From Candidatus Taenariivivens baikalensis (GTDB lineage: Bacteria > Omnitrophota > Omnitrophia > Omnitrophales > Aquincolibacteriaceae): a stretch of 64,000 nucleotides of DNA. The DNA is taken from the NCBI GenBank assembly GCA_009691445.1, contig SICL01000006.1:2486-66485 (forward strand), given 5' to 3'. How positions within the stretch are numbered: position 1 is the stretch's first letter; every line of letters starts with the position of its first letter. Made by a program: the position numbers and the translations under genes. Positions 1-9,634 of this stretch are shown piece by piece. The notes beneath the pieces were generated by a model, which was not told the origin of the DNA, made no database searches, and was given only the letters and a program-made list of their open reading frames with translations.

Positions 1-3000
1 TCTGAAGGGAATCTGCCGCCTGCGTGATTTTTGGTCCTGCCTTTTTCTTCCAAAATGCAAACATCCGCAGCCACGCCCATTTTTGCTCATAGGGAACCAA
101 CGCAAGATAAGCGCAGGGGACAACAATGAGCGATAGGATCGTTGAGACGATCATCCCCCCAATCACTGCAATCGCCATCGGAATTCGAGTTTCAGCGCCG
201 GGTCCCAGAGCTAATGCCGGAGGAATTGCCGCGGCAATGGTTGAGACGGAGGTCATTAAAATCGGGCGAAGGCGGATCGGACAGGCTGAACGAACTGCTT
301 CCAGGGGTTTTAATCCTTGTTCCCGCAGCTGGTTTGAAAATTCGACAATCAAAATGGAGTTTTTCTTAACGACCCCCATTAAGAGCAAAAGGCCGATGAG
401 GCTAAAAATGTTCAAGGAATGTCCGGTGATGAGAAGGGCAATAATGGCGCCTGACACACTGAAAGGCATAGCAAGTAACACCGTAAAAGGATGAATGAGG
501 TGGTTGAATTGCGCGGCAAGCACCATGTAAGAAATTAAAATACCGAGCAAAAGAGCGAAGAGAAGACTTTGAAATGATTCGCGGAATGTTTCACTGGATC
601 CGCTCAAAACAAGATGATATCCCTCGGGTAAAATTTTGCGTCCCAGTTCTTCAGCCTTCTTCAAACAGTCCGCCTGGGATTTTTTAGGCGCAATATTGGC
701 AAAAACCCCAATCGATCTTTCCCGCCCTTTCCTTTTGATGGAAAGAAGGCTCATCCGTTCCTGGATTTTAACAAGGTCTGCCAACTGAACCATTTCTCCG
801 CGATTGTTTCTCACAAACAATTTTTTTAGTTGTTCGGCACTGGTTCGCTGCTCAGGAATAATTTTAATTCGGACATCATAGCGCCGGCCGCCCCGGTTAT
901 ATTTTGCGATGCGCTGTCCGGCAATCAAAGCATTGACGGTCTTTGCAATGGATTCAACGCTTACACCCTGCTGGAAGGCCTTATCCCGGTCAGGATAGAT
1001 TCTTACCTCGGGCATGCCCTCCAGGTAATCAGAATCCACATCCTGGAAGAGACCTGTTTTTATCATTGCCGTCTGGATCTTCTCTGAATATTCCACCAAT
1101 TTGTCATAATCAGGACCGCGAACGGAAAACTCGACCGGAAAACCTCTTTGAGCGGCAAATCCGCGCATTGACAGATCTTGAATCACCGTCTTGACGTTTG
1201 GTATTTTGTTAAATTCGTTGCGGAAGTAAGCCATCAAGTCTTCCTGAGTCGGGCGATGCGAAAAAAGTCCTTCCTTAGGACGTTCACCGGGTTTTTTTAG
1301 AGTGATGAATAGATTGCCAGTATTGACTTCTCCGCCTTCAAAACCTCCCACGGCTGACATGTAGCGCCGAATCGAGGGGTGCTCGGCTAAAAGCTTTTCG
1401 GCTTTTTTAAAGGTTTGGCTTGTGTTTTCAATGGAAGATCCAATCGGAAGCTTCAATCGTGCTAAAAACATACTTTGATCTTGTGCGGGGACAAACTCTT
1501 TTCGTACCAGGGGTAGTAAGAATAGCGATCCGATAAAAAACGCGGTGGACAGAAGAAGAACCTTGCCTTTGCGTTCAAGAAAATAATCGAGCCAGACAGA
1601 ATATTGAAGAGTCAGATTTTTTATTCCGGCATTGAATTTTCTAACCCAGGGATTTTTTGAATCTCCGGTCTCAAGAAATTGCGAGCATCGCATCGGAGCA
1701 AATGATAAAGCCTCGATCAAAGAAAGAAATACGGCAACCGCCATGGTGACGCCGAATTGGAAAAAGAATTTTCCAATAATGCCCTTCATGAATGCCACGG
1801 GAATAAAAATAGCCATAATGGCCGTGGTGGCAACTATGGCGGCCATGCTAATTTCCTCTGAGCCTTTAAGCGCTGCCGTTTGCTGAGAGGCCCCTTTTTC
1901 ACGATGACGGACAATATTTTCAAGGACCATAATGGCGTCGTCCACAACAATTCCAATCGCGAGGGTGAGTCCGAGCAGCGTGAAGGTGTTGAGCGTGAAA
2001 TTAGAGAATTTAAGCACGATAAAAGTTCCAAGGAGCGAAGTCGGAATGGCGAGAAGGATATTCATCGTCGAGCTCCAAGATCCTAAAAAGAACCAGCAGA
2101 CGAGAGAGGTGAGGAGCGAGGCGAGGATGAGAGAAAAAACAAGCTCTTCGACGGAGTCTCGGATAAACCGGGTGCTGTCAAAATTAACGCCAAGATCAAA
2201 ATCCTTTGGCAGGGTCTTTTTGATTTCATCAATACGCTTCCAGACTCGTTCAGCAATTGTGACGGAATTTGTTCCGCGTATTTTTTTGATACCGAGTCCG
2301 ACCGATGTTTTTCCCAGCGTGCGAAACATGCGACGGACATCGGCGAGGCCATCTTCAATGGTAGCCACTTCCTTCAACGGAATCGGACGGTACATGGGCT
2401 GACCGCCGCGGTAGTTGATCATGATTTTTTTAAATTCTTCAACGGTCTTGGCTTCACCCATCACGCGGACATTGGATTCGGTCGTTGGAGTTTCAAGTTT
2501 CCCCGCAGGCATCTCAACATGCTCTTTTTGAATGGCCTGGATAATGTCATCTACGGTCAATTCATAGGCTTTGAGTTTGCTGATGTTGATCCAAATGCGC
2601 AGATTTTGATCCACGTAACCGCCGAGAAAGACTTCTCCCACGCCGGGAACGGTTTTGAATTGATCTTTGAGCTGGCGCTCAACATAATCCATTAAGTCTT
2701 TCAGGGAGCGCGTTGTTCCCACGCTGATCCACATAATGGGTTGATCTTCAGGATTGATTTTATTAATGATGGGAGGATCAATCTCGTCAGGAAGACGGTA
2801 ACGTGCCGCGGCAAGTTTGCTCTGTACTTCCTGCATGGCCGCATCCAGATCCCTGCCCAGCTCAAATTCTAAATTAATATTGGCGGACCCTTGAACGCTG
2901 GTGGATGAAATATCCTTGAGCCCCTCAATGCCCATCACGGAATCTTCGATCACATCCACCACATCTGTTTCCATCACTTCCGGTGCGGCACCTTCCCACG

Positions 3001-3148
3001 TAATGCTGACGCTGAGCACCGGGAAATCAAAATCAGGCATCTGACCTATTCCCATCCCCTTGAATGAAATAAGGCCAAAGATCATGAGGGCCACCATCAT
3101 CATCCAGGCGAATACCGGGCGTTTTATTGAAATACTAGGCAGGCTCAC
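1..3148 (-). CDS. RND multidrug efflux transporter permease (AcrB/HAE1-like). Putative GTG start at 3148 overlaps the stop of the upstream tolC-like gene. The C-terminal end runs off the window edge, so the gene is partial.
   Basis: Manual reverse-complement translation gives MSLPSISIKRPVFAWMMMVALMIFG... and ...TLLGLTLAIGIVVDDAIMVLENIVRH..., which fit AcrB-family transmembrane motifs. Length is about 1049 codons. The ORF track does not report it, presumably because no stop falls inside the window. Confidence 0.8.
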   Translation of the reverse strand, partial: MSLPSISIKRPVFAWMMMVALMIFGLISFKGMGIGQMPDFDFPVLSVSITWEGAAPEVMETDVVDVIEDSVMGIEGLKDISSTSVQGSANINLEFELGRDLDAAMQEVQSKLAAARYRLPDEIDPPIINKINPEDQPIMWISVGTTRSLKDLMDYVERQLKDQFKTVPGVGEVFLGGYVDQNLRIWINISKLKAYELTVDDIIQAIQKEHVEMPAGKLETPTTESNVRVMGEAKTVEEFKKIMINYRGGQPMYRPIPLKEVATIEDGLADVRRMFRTLGKTSVGLGIKKIRGTNSVTIAERVWKRIDEIKKTLPKDFDLGVNFDSTRFIRDSVEELVFSLILASLLTSLVCWFFLGSWSSTMNILLAIPTSLLGTFIVLKFSNFTLNTFTLLGLTLAIGIVVDDAIMVLENIVRHREKGASQQTAALKGSEEISMAAIVATTAIMAIFIPVAFMKGIIGKFFFQFGVTMAVAVFLSLIEALSFAPMRCSQFLETGDSKNPWVRKFNAGIKNLTLQYSVWLDYFLERKGKVLLLSTAFFIGSLFLLPLVRKEFVPAQDQSMFLARLKLPIGSSIENTSQTFKKAEKLLAEHPSIRRYMSAVGGFEGGEVNTGNLFITLKKPGERPKEGLFSHRPTQEDLMAYFRNEFNKIPNVKTVIQDLSMRGFAAQRGFPVEFSVRGPDYDKLVEYSEKIQTAMIKTGLFQDVDSDYLEGMPEVRIYPDRDKAFQQGVSVESIAKTVNALIAGQRIAKYNRGGRRYDVRIKIIPEQRTSAEQLKKLFVRNNRGEMVQLADLVKIQERMSLLSIKRKGRERSIGVFANIAPKKSQADCLKKAEELGRKILPEGYHLVLSGSSETFRESFQSLLFALLLGILISYMVLAAQFNHLIHPFTVLLAMPFSVSGAIIALLITGHSLNIFSLIGLLLLMGVVKKNSILIVEFSNQLREQGLKPLEAVRSACPIRLRPILMTSVSTIAAAIPPALALGPGAETRIPMAIAVIGGMIVSTILSLIVVPCAYLALVPYEQKWAWLRMFAFWKKKAGPKITQAADSLQ

Positions 3149-4478
3149 AGCAGCTCCCGCGCGCGATTTGAAATTGCCAATAGTTTTCTTGAAGCTGATA
3201 AAAGATCTCATTGGCTCTTTGACGCGTCTGGTTCAGAGATTCAAGGGCGGAGAGCACATCAAGATTACTGACCAGACTTCGCGAGTAATCCTCCCGCTGG
3301 AGTCGGTAATTTTCCTCAGAAGTTTTAAGGGCTTCTTCCAAGGCCCTGAACTGTTTTTGCGTCGTGTTCCATGAAGAATAATTTTTTTTAAGATCCAGTT
3401 CAGCCTCTCGCTTTGTTTTTTCGTAAGTCAGCTTGGCTTTTTTCCAATCCGAATAAGCAGATTTTAGTTCACCGACCGCGCCGCCTCCCTGAAACAAGGG
3501 AACTTTGACGGTCAGAAGAAGATCCCAATCAACGCTCGCCAGAGAGCCTTCCCGCTGATCATAAGCATTATTATCCAAGGTGATTTTGGGCCATAGTTTG
3601 CTTTGGGTGACGATGGTATTTTGAAACGCAACTTTCATGGCCTGTTCCGCGACCTGAACATCAAAGCGATTTTTTACATCAGGAAGGTAACTCTCAAGGG
3701 GTTTTGGGGCTTCATGAAGATGAGCGATCTGCTCTAAAGCACGGTCCTCGAGCGAGATGCCGGTTAAAAATTCGAGAATACGCTTTTGGATCATGAGCGT
3801 TCCCTGAGCGGAAAGGAGATCGGACTCCAGGCTTTGCATCCGGCTCTTGGCTTCGGTGACTTCACTTAAACGTGAGCGTCCAATTTGTTCACGTTTTTGG
3901 AGGTCTCCAACACGGCCCTGAAGCAAATGATAAGTTTTCTCAAGAATTTGGACATCTTTTTCAGAACGTTGAACTGAAAGAAAAGCAGACGTGACATCCA
4001 TAAAGAGAAGCTGTACGGCACGTTTCTGATCGTAAAGGCGCTCTTTTCTGAGGCTTCCGGCTCCGGCTAAGGCGCCAAGAGATTTAAAACCCTGAAAAAC
4101 AGGCTGAGAAATGACAAATTTACGGGTACGTGTTTGATCGCGGATCAAACTGGATGTGTCATCGGACGAGGAGCTGCTTGAGGAAGCACGCTGGTGTTGT
4201 TGATAAGATTTTGTGATATCAAAATCAACCGTCCCCAGGGCTTGGCTTGTTGCCTGGAGAAAATCTCCCCAGGTGCTTTCTAGCTCAACGCCCTTGATGG
4301 CCAAATCCTCGCTGCGTTTAAGGGCAAGTTGATAAGCCTCTTCAATCGTAAGCGGAGGAAGGGAAATCGGGGCTGTCTCCAATTGTGCCGGAGGTTTTTT
4401 CGCCATGGCCCAGGCATGGGGGATCGGGGCCATGATGATTAGAATAAAAGCAAAGGGGAACCAATTATTTTTTTTCAT
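3135..4478 (-). CDS. Outer membrane efflux protein (TolC/OprM-like outer membrane factor).
   Basis: 447-aa ORF with an N-terminal signal peptide (MKKNNWFPFAFILIIMAPIPHAWA). Its coiled-coil-rich Q/L/E composition is typical of the OMF family. It lies between marR and the RND pump. Confidence 0.7.
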   Translation of the reverse strand: MKKNNWFPFAFILIIMAPIPHAWAMAKKPPAQLETAPISLPPLTIEEAYQLALKRSEDLAIKGVELESTWGDFLQATSQALGTVDFDITKSYQQHQRASSSSSSSDDTSSLIRDQTRTRKFVISQPVFQGFKSLGALAGAGSLRKERLYDQKRAVQLLFMDVTSAFLSVQRSEKDVQILEKTYHLLQGRVGDLQKREQIGRSRLSEVTEAKSRMQSLESDLLSAQGTLMIQKRILEFLTGISLEDRALEQIAHLHEAPKPLESYLPDVKNRFDVQVAEQAMKVAFQNTIVTQSKLWPKITLDNNAYDQREGSLASVDWDLLLTVKVPLFQGGGAVGELKSAYSDWKKAKLTYEKTKREAELDLKKNYSSWNTTQKQFRALEEALKTSEENYRLQREDYSRSLVSNLDVLSALESLNQTRQRANEIFYQLQENYWQFQIARGSCCEPA

Positions 4479-4939
4479 TAATTCTTTGAGCCTTTGGATT
4501 GGATCAGAGCCCCGTCCATAAAACCAGAAAGATGATTGAGGAATTTATCAATGATAACTTTTTCGTTTTCCGGTAGGGAGGTCAGAGCGCTCATCATAAA
4601 TTTCAAAATATTAATTTGAGCCTTAAGGACGGTCTTTTTTCCTTTGGGAAGAAGATAAAGTAGGGAGGAACGGTGATCTTCCGGATGTGCCACTTTTTTA
4701 AGAAGGTTCTCTTTCTCCATGCGTTTGACAAGATTTGTCATCGCAGGTTTTGAGATATACAGTTTTTCACTTGCTTCAGTCAGAGGGATTTTTCCGTAGC
4801 GCACAAGTTGGCTGAGAAGGGAATATTTCGGCATCGTCAGGCCGGTTTGCGTCAGGATGCGGTTATAAAGGCGGATCCACTTCAGATGAATTTCGCGTAG
4901 ATGAGCAAATGACGGTTTCGCTTTCGGCATAAGGTCCAT
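4478..4939 (-). CDS. MarR-family transcriptional regulator.
   Basis: 153 aa with a winged-helix region (PKYSLLSQLVRYGKIPLTEASEKLYISKPAMTNLVKRMEKENLL). It sits first in the efflux operon and is translationally coupled to tolC (start/stop overlap at 4478). Confidence 0.8.
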   Translation of the reverse strand: MDLMPKAKPSFAHLREIHLKWIRLYNRILTQTGLTMPKYSLLSQLVRYGKIPLTEASEKLYISKPAMTNLVKRMEKENLLKKVAHPEDHRSSLLYLLPKGKKTVLKAQINILKFMMSALTSLPENEKVIIDKFLNHLSGFMDGALIQSKGSKN

Positions 4940-4940
4940 T

Positions 4941-4959
4941 TAGTTAATGAGGTTAACTA
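4941..4959. promoter_or_regulatory. Perfect inverted repeat TAGTTAA-N5-TTAACTA directly upstream of the marR start, in the marR/rluA divergent region. Candidate MarR operator.
   Basis: Palindrome tagttaatgaggttaacta read directly. Its position abuts the marR ATG (4939). Confidence 0.35.
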
Positions 4960-5055
4960 TATTTGATCATAACGGATCAATAAAGAAATGGCAAGCCTGC
5001 TTTTTTCTTTAAAAGGAACTGGCTCCGGAGAGGAGAGCGTTGTATATTAACGCCC

Positions 5056-5979
5056 ATGAGAAAACTTGTGGTGAAAGAAAAGGCCCTGCTCTTAGAATAT
5101 CTTTATCGGACTTTATCGGATACCAAGCGGACCCGAATTAAGGATTACCTTCAAAAGAACGCTATTTCCGTGAATGGGGATAAGACGACCCGTTTTGATT
5201 ATCCTCTTACCCCCGGTAATGTGATCGAAATTGAAACGGACGCGCGAGTGTTGAAAAACGTTCAGCCAGAGTTCGGCGTTCAGGTCGTTTACGAAGATGA
5301 TGCCATGATGGTGATTTACAAACCCTCTGGACTTCTAACGATCGCCACGGAGCGAATTCAGGGCGTGAATGCATTTACGTCGGTTAATGAATACCTGAAT
5401 TTACGGGAGACACCCTCTTTATCGTTAAAACTTTCCGTGAAGAGAAAGGACAAGACGGATTTAGCGATCCGAAAAAAGCAGATTTTTTTAGTGCATCGTT
5501 TGGACCGGGACACATCGGGCCTCCTCATGTTTGCCAAGAACGAGTCGGTGAAATTTAAACTCCAGGGTACTTGGGAACAGGTTCAAAAGAAATATTGGGC
5601 CGTCGTTGAGGGCACTCCCAAGGAGGAGATGGGGACGATGCAGAGCTTTCTTACAGAAAATAAAATTCTCCGCGTTTACAGCGGACCTAAAGAAGCGGCA
5701 TCGAAATGGGCGGTCACTCATTATCGGGTGGTTCGTTCCAATGATCAATATGCGCTCCTTGATATTGATCTAGAAACGGGAAGAAAACATCAAATCCGTG
5801 TTCATCTCGCGGATCTCAAGCATCCGGTGGCCGGTGACAAGGATTACGGCGCTAAGACAAATCCGGCCGGACGGTTGTGTCTTCACGCGTATTCTTTGCA
5901 ATTCCCTCATCCGATTACGGAGAAGATGATGGCTTTGGAAACGAAAATGCCGACTGAGTTCGAGAAAATCTTTGCGTGA
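5056..5979 (+). CDS. RluA-family 23S rRNA/tRNA pseudouridine synthase with an N-terminal S4-like domain.
   Basis: HRLDRDTSGLLMFAKN catalytic motif (HRLD..TSG), 307 aa. Confidence 0.85.
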   Translation: MRKLVVKEKALLLEYLYRTLSDTKRTRIKDYLQKNAISVNGDKTTRFDYPLTPGNVIEIETDARVLKNVQPEFGVQVVYEDDAMMVIYKPSGLLTIATERIQGVNAFTSVNEYLNLRETPSLSLKLSVKRKDKTDLAIRKKQIFLVHRLDRDTSGLLMFAKNESVKFKLQGTWEQVQKKYWAVVEGTPKEEMGTMQSFLTENKILRVYSGPKEAASKWAVTHYRVVRSNDQYALLDIDLETGRKHQIRVHLADLKHPVAGDKDYGAKTNPAGRLCLHAYSLQFPHPITEKMMALETKMPTEFEKIFA

Positions 5980-6569
5980 AAAATTCAGGGCTTGGCGTTT
6001 TGTGTTTACTGTTTGTTGGTTGCGCGTCCATCTTTGGCTGGAATATCCACGCTCCCGGCGTGCTCTCCGAAAGTTTTTATCCAAAATTCCAAACGACCCA
6101 GAAACGAGTGGCGCTTTATCTGCCGGATCGAGTCCTTTCCTCGATTTCCAAAAACAGGGGTGGGAAATTTGCAGATCCTCAGACTTATTATCTGGGCGAA
6201 TCCTTTACCCCCATGGTGATTGAAGGATTCCAGCAGGTATTTGACGAGCTCTTATTTTTAGAAGCAGAACCCTCCCCGGCGATTCTCAAGAAGTACAGCA
6301 TCTCTTATCTGGTCATGATCAATATGAAAGATTTTGGAAATGATGTGACGATGAAGGGGCAGGCTGTTCGCCTCACAACGGAAGTCCAGATTTATGATCA
6401 GGAGGCAAAGCTGATCAAGCAGTATGAAGCCCTGGGATCAAGCGATGCACAGAAGATTTTCTCGAAGAAGGGGGGGCCTGAAGTGAATCTTAATGCCGCC
6501 ATTGAAAATAATATTGTTGTCACCCTTCAATTTTTACAGGATTTTATTCGCGGTGGAAATCATGAATAA
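5976..6569 (+). CDS. Hypothetical lipoprotein.
   Basis: N-terminus MKNSGLGVLCLLFVGCAS has a lipobox-like LFVGC. No other recognisable motifs. Confidence 0.4.
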   Translation: MKNSGLGVLCLLFVGCASIFGWNIHAPGVLSESFYPKFQTTQKRVALYLPDRVLSSISKNRGGKFADPQTYYLGESFTPMVIEGFQQVFDELLFLEAEPSPAILKKYSISYLVMINMKDFGNDVTMKGQAVRLTTEVQIYDQEAKLIKQYEALGSSDAQKIFSKKGGPEVNLNAAIENNIVVTLQFLQDFIRGGNHE

Positions 6570-7080
6570 AAATTCCAGTCTCAAAAAACTCGTCAGCCTG
6601 CTTGTGGCTTGTTTCTTTGTTCCTGTTGTTTTTGCTTCGGAAGTTCCCGATCTAACTCGAACGGACGTACGGATAAGGATGAATCCTAAAACGGGAAAGC
6701 CCTTTGTCAGTATCGTGAACGGGGATGCTCCCGACAGCCGCAGGATTTTTTACGGGAACATGAAAAAATACTCGCGCCCTGATTACCGGATGCTGGACTA
6801 TCACATGAAATCCGGACAGATTCCGTATGACGGCCCTTCCAGCAGTGCTAAAAAAGTTTATGCCTTTGCCGCCACGATGGCAACGGCCGGAGTTTTGGCC
6901 GGAACCCTGATTCCTGTCACCGCAGCTGCCGGCGCCGCGTCTGCTGGGTCAGCGGCCGGTTACGGGGCTGCCGGAACCGGGCTGACTGCGGGTGTTGTTT
7001 CCACGGCCTGGCTTAAGTCGCGGACGGACCCGCATCAGGATGATTTCAAGCACGATTCTGAAGCCGTAGTTAAAAAGTAA
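6562..7080 (+). CDS. Hypothetical secreted protein with a Gly/Ala-rich C-terminal region. Start adjusted to the internal ATG at 6562.
   Basis: MNKNSSLKKLVSLLVACFFVPVVFASE signal peptide after RBS-like ggtgga. The upstream part of track ORF 6493 overlaps the previous gene. Confidence 0.4.
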   Translation: MNKNSSLKKLVSLLVACFFVPVVFASEVPDLTRTDVRIRMNPKTGKPFVSIVNGDAPDSRRIFYGNMKKYSRPDYRMLDYHMKSGQIPYDGPSSSAKKVYAFAATMATAGVLAGTLIPVTAAAGAASAGSAAGYGAAGTGLTAGVVSTAWLKSRTDPHQDDFKHDSEAVVKK

Positions 7081-7168
7081 AGGAAAAGAGGGGAGAAGGA
7101 AGATGGAAGAGGGAAGAAAAAAAAGCGGTTTTAATCTTCCCTCTTCCATCTTCTTTCTTCCTTCTACA
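7081..7168. repeat. Intergenic hairpin element made of inverted arrays of the heptamer GGAAGAN around an A-rich loop. Member of the heptamer-array hairpin family; may also act as a terminator.
   Basis: aggaaaagaggggagaaggaagatggaagagggaag...cttccctcttccatcttctttcttccttct read directly. Confidence 0.6.
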
Positions 7169-7170
7169 TT

Positions 7171-8397
7171 ATGATTTGGGATATCACGATTATCGGAGCG
7201 GGAGCTGCGGGACTCATGACCGCCATTCATGCTACGGGAGGAAATCGCCGCGTATTGCTCCTGGACTCGAAAGAACGAATCGGTGCCAAGATCCTGATGT
7301 CGGGAGGAACGCGGTGCAATGTCACGAACCTTCAAGTTGACGTAAAGGATTTTCAAAGTGAGCATCCGCGCGTCGTTCGTAATATTTTGTCTGCCTATCC
7401 CAGTTCGAAGGCGGTCAATTTTTTTGAATCCATCGGAGTGATACTCGCCCTGGAAGAGGGAGGAAAATTTTTCCCTGAAACCCAAAGTGCAAAAACAGTT
7501 CTTGAAGGGCTCCTAAGTGAAGTAAAAAATCGCAATGTCGATTTGGTCACGGGCCGGCGTGTGGAATCGGTGGAGGTAGATCTTGCATCTTTCCATATTC
7601 GCGGCAAGGGATTTGAATATGAGTCCAAAACCGTTGTGATTTGTACGGGTGGACTTTCTTATCCGGGAACTGGAAGTGACGGGAAAGGGTATGAGATTGC
7701 CCGGCATTTCGGTCACTCGCTCATTGAGACAATGCCTGCATTGACCCCGCTTTCGACGAATGATCCCGATTGGAAAAGTCTTTCCGGTCTTTCGCTTTTT
7801 TGCCGTCTTGTTTTAAAAACAGGAGTTAAGGAAAGAGCTTCATACGAAGACTCGTTTCTTTTCACTCACTTCGGATTTAGCGGTCCTTCGGTTTTGGATA
7901 TCAGCCGCCATTGGCTTCACTGGAAAAAGGAGGAGCCGATTTTGACCGCTAACTTTCTTCCCAAGGAAACCGAAGAAACCCTGCGGGCCACACTTTTGGA
8001 AATGACCACCGAACATTTTGACTGGACGCTCAAGCGGTTTCTTTGCGAAAAACTTCCGGAAAGGCTTGTCGAGATCATTTTAAAAAAATCCTCTATCCCC
8101 AAAGATCAAAGATTGAAACAACTCAAAAAGGAAGCTCGGGAGGTCTTGATCCGGAACCTGTTTCGAATGCCTCTTTCGATCACGGGAGTTTTTGGGTATC
8201 AAAAAGCCGAGGTAACTGCGGGTGGGGTAACTCTGGACGATCTGGATCCTCGTACCTTAGAGTCCAAAAGGCAGCCAGGACTTTTTTTTGCCGGAGAAGT
8301 GGTGGATGTCGATGGCCGCATCGGTGGGTTTAACTTTCAATGGGCATGGGCAAGCGGGGTGGCGGCAGCACTGGGAGCCATTCAGAGATTAATTTGA
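7171..8397 (+). CDS. HI0933/YhiN-family FAD-dependent flavoprotein (aminoacetone-oxidase-family oxidoreductase).
   Basis: N-terminal dinucleotide-binding fingerprint DITIIGAGAAGLMTA and C-terminal GG...AGE motif (FFAGEVVDVDGRIGGFNFQWA). 408 aa. Confidence 0.8.
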   Translation: MIWDITIIGAGAAGLMTAIHATGGNRRVLLLDSKERIGAKILMSGGTRCNVTNLQVDVKDFQSEHPRVVRNILSAYPSSKAVNFFESIGVILALEEGGKFFPETQSAKTVLEGLLSEVKNRNVDLVTGRRVESVEVDLASFHIRGKGFEYESKTVVICTGGLSYPGTGSDGKGYEIARHFGHSLIETMPALTPLSTNDPDWKSLSGLSLFCRLVLKTGVKERASYEDSFLFTHFGFSGPSVLDISRHWLHWKKEEPILTANFLPKETEETLRATLLEMTTEHFDWTLKRFLCEKLPERLVEIILKKSSIPKDQRLKQLKKEAREVLIRNLFRMPLSITGVFGYQKAEVTAGGVTLDDLDPRTLESKRQPGLFFAGEVVDVDGRIGGFNFQWAWASGVAAALGAIQRLI

Positions 8398-8422
8398 CAC
8401 CCCAATTATTTTCACATACAAT
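8394..8422 (+). promoter_or_regulatory. Consensus sigma70-type promoter (TTGACA, 17-bp spacer, TACAAT) overlapping the stop codon of the flavoprotein gene. It would drive a roughly 300-nt leader ahead of the 8751 gene.
   Basis: ttgacaccccaattattttcacatacaat read directly. Confidence 0.4.
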
Positions 8423-8750
8423 TCCAGACGCAACTAGCGACCAATTTGGTTGTGGAGGATTAACCCGAAAGAAGCCCTCTCATTTTGAGAGAGCCGGGGT
8501 AGTAAACCGGCGGGGTAGCACGGCAGCGCAGGATAGCCGTGACGGGAAACTTTTGAAGACGCCTTGAAGGATTTTAGATTCTGACTTGATCAGTGTCTAA
8601 CTCTTTGAGGCGATTTTTTTAAGTGATCCAAGCCGCTCTGAATAAATCAAAAGCTGCAACGTCTATCTACAACAAGCAACCGAACCCCTCTATAGAGAGA
8701 GGTGAGGGGGTTTGTAAGACGTTTAACAATTCAATCAACAGGAGATTAAA

Positions 8751-9074
8751 ATGAAGAAGAATATGATCGTGGTATTTGGAGTGTTCATGGCTGTGGCTGT
8801 GCTTTTCAGCGGCGTTGCTTTTGCGGATGCAGTTTCCGGAAAAGTGAATGCGGTTGATGCAACGACCAGCACCATTGAAGTGTCTCAGCCTGCCGATGCG
8901 GTAACGGGCGTTGCTGTCGAGAGTGTGAAAGTTGCTTATGATGCGGCAACCACATTCACGGGAATTGCAGCGGCTGCCGAACTTAAAGCCGGCGATGATG
9001 TCAAGATTGAAGCTAGCAAAGATGAAGCCACCGGCAGCTGGAAAGCCGCTTCGGTTGAGGTTGTGAAGGCTTAA
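8751..9074 (+). CDS. Small secreted hypothetical protein (107 aa).
   Basis: Strong RBS (caggagattaaaATG) and a signal peptide (MKKNMIVVFGVFMAVAVLFSGVAFA). A rho-independent terminator follows. Confidence 0.5.
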   Translation: MKKNMIVVFGVFMAVAVLFSGVAFADAVSGKVNAVDATTSTIEVSQPADAVTGVAVESVKVAYDAATTFTGIAAAAELKAGDDVKIEASKDEATGSWKAASVEVVKA

Positions 9075-9274
9075 GCTGTTCTTTGAGAGGGTGCAAGATC
9101 GCCTAATTTCCTGACCTAGGAAAACGGGAGATGCGTTTTAAGGGTGAACCCCGCAGAAAGCCGAAGGGCTATTGTGGGAAGGGTTACTCTGCAACACTGA
9201 TTGAATGATCAGTACGTCCTTTTTAGTTTTTTGGATTGTCCGAACCCGTGAGCTCATCCCGCAGGCGTGGCAGA

Positions 9275-9327
9275 GAAGCCTTCTTTTATAGTCTCGTAAA
9301 GAGATCATAAAAGAAGGCTTTTTTTTG
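9275..9327 (+). terminator. Rho-independent terminator.
   Basis: agaagccttcttttat...ataaaagaaggct stem followed by a T8 run. Confidence 0.6.
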
Positions 9328-9339
9328 TAAACTTCACAC

Positions 9340-9600
9340 CTGCGTCATTGCGGGGTGTACGCTACTGTTCTTTGGTAAACCTCCACTCACCAGCGTCATT
9401 GCGAGCGTGGCGAAGCAATCCCGGGTTGTGCGCCCAGAGATTGCCGCGCCCGCCTGCCGGCGAGGCAGGTCGCCACCAAGGAGCGGGATTCCCAATGACA
9501 AAAACCGTCAGATTGCAGCGGTCGCTTTGCTCCTTCGTTCTTCGGCGAACGCCCTGCTCAGAATGACAACCTTGAAATAGTCCCTTGGTATTCACGGAGA
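9340..9600. repeat. Repeat-rich intergenic block. It holds a copy of the gtcattgcgagcg-N-gcgaagcaatc element (9395-9420) and several aatgac/gtcattg half-sites.
   Basis: The same 25-nt core recurs at 40497-40533. Only spurious short ORFs lie in this block. Confidence 0.4.
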
Positions 9601-9634
9601 GGTTTGATAAAATCCACTCAAATATGAGGGCCCT

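Noticed and set aside
126-2402. Plus-strand ORFs 126-494, 142-369, 1632-1886 and 1932-2402 inside the RND pump region.
   Set aside because: The minus strand here translates cleanly into an AcrB-family transporter. These are antisense shadow ORFs. The RSEV-like string in ORF 1932-2402 is a coincidence.
8340-8567. 75-aa ORF overlapping the flavoprotein gene end and the promoter/leader region.
   Set aside because: It overlaps a well-supported gene and a consensus promoter and has no RBS or motif support. The region fits an untranslated leader better.
9080-9270. Possible tRNA or small RNA genes in intergenic regions 9080-9270, 39590-39765 and 61384-61587.
   Set aside because: No cloverleaf-compatible sequence (conserved T-loop GTTC, or an acceptor/anticodon stem arrangement) could be found by eye. 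Infernal or tRNAscan would be needed to be sure.
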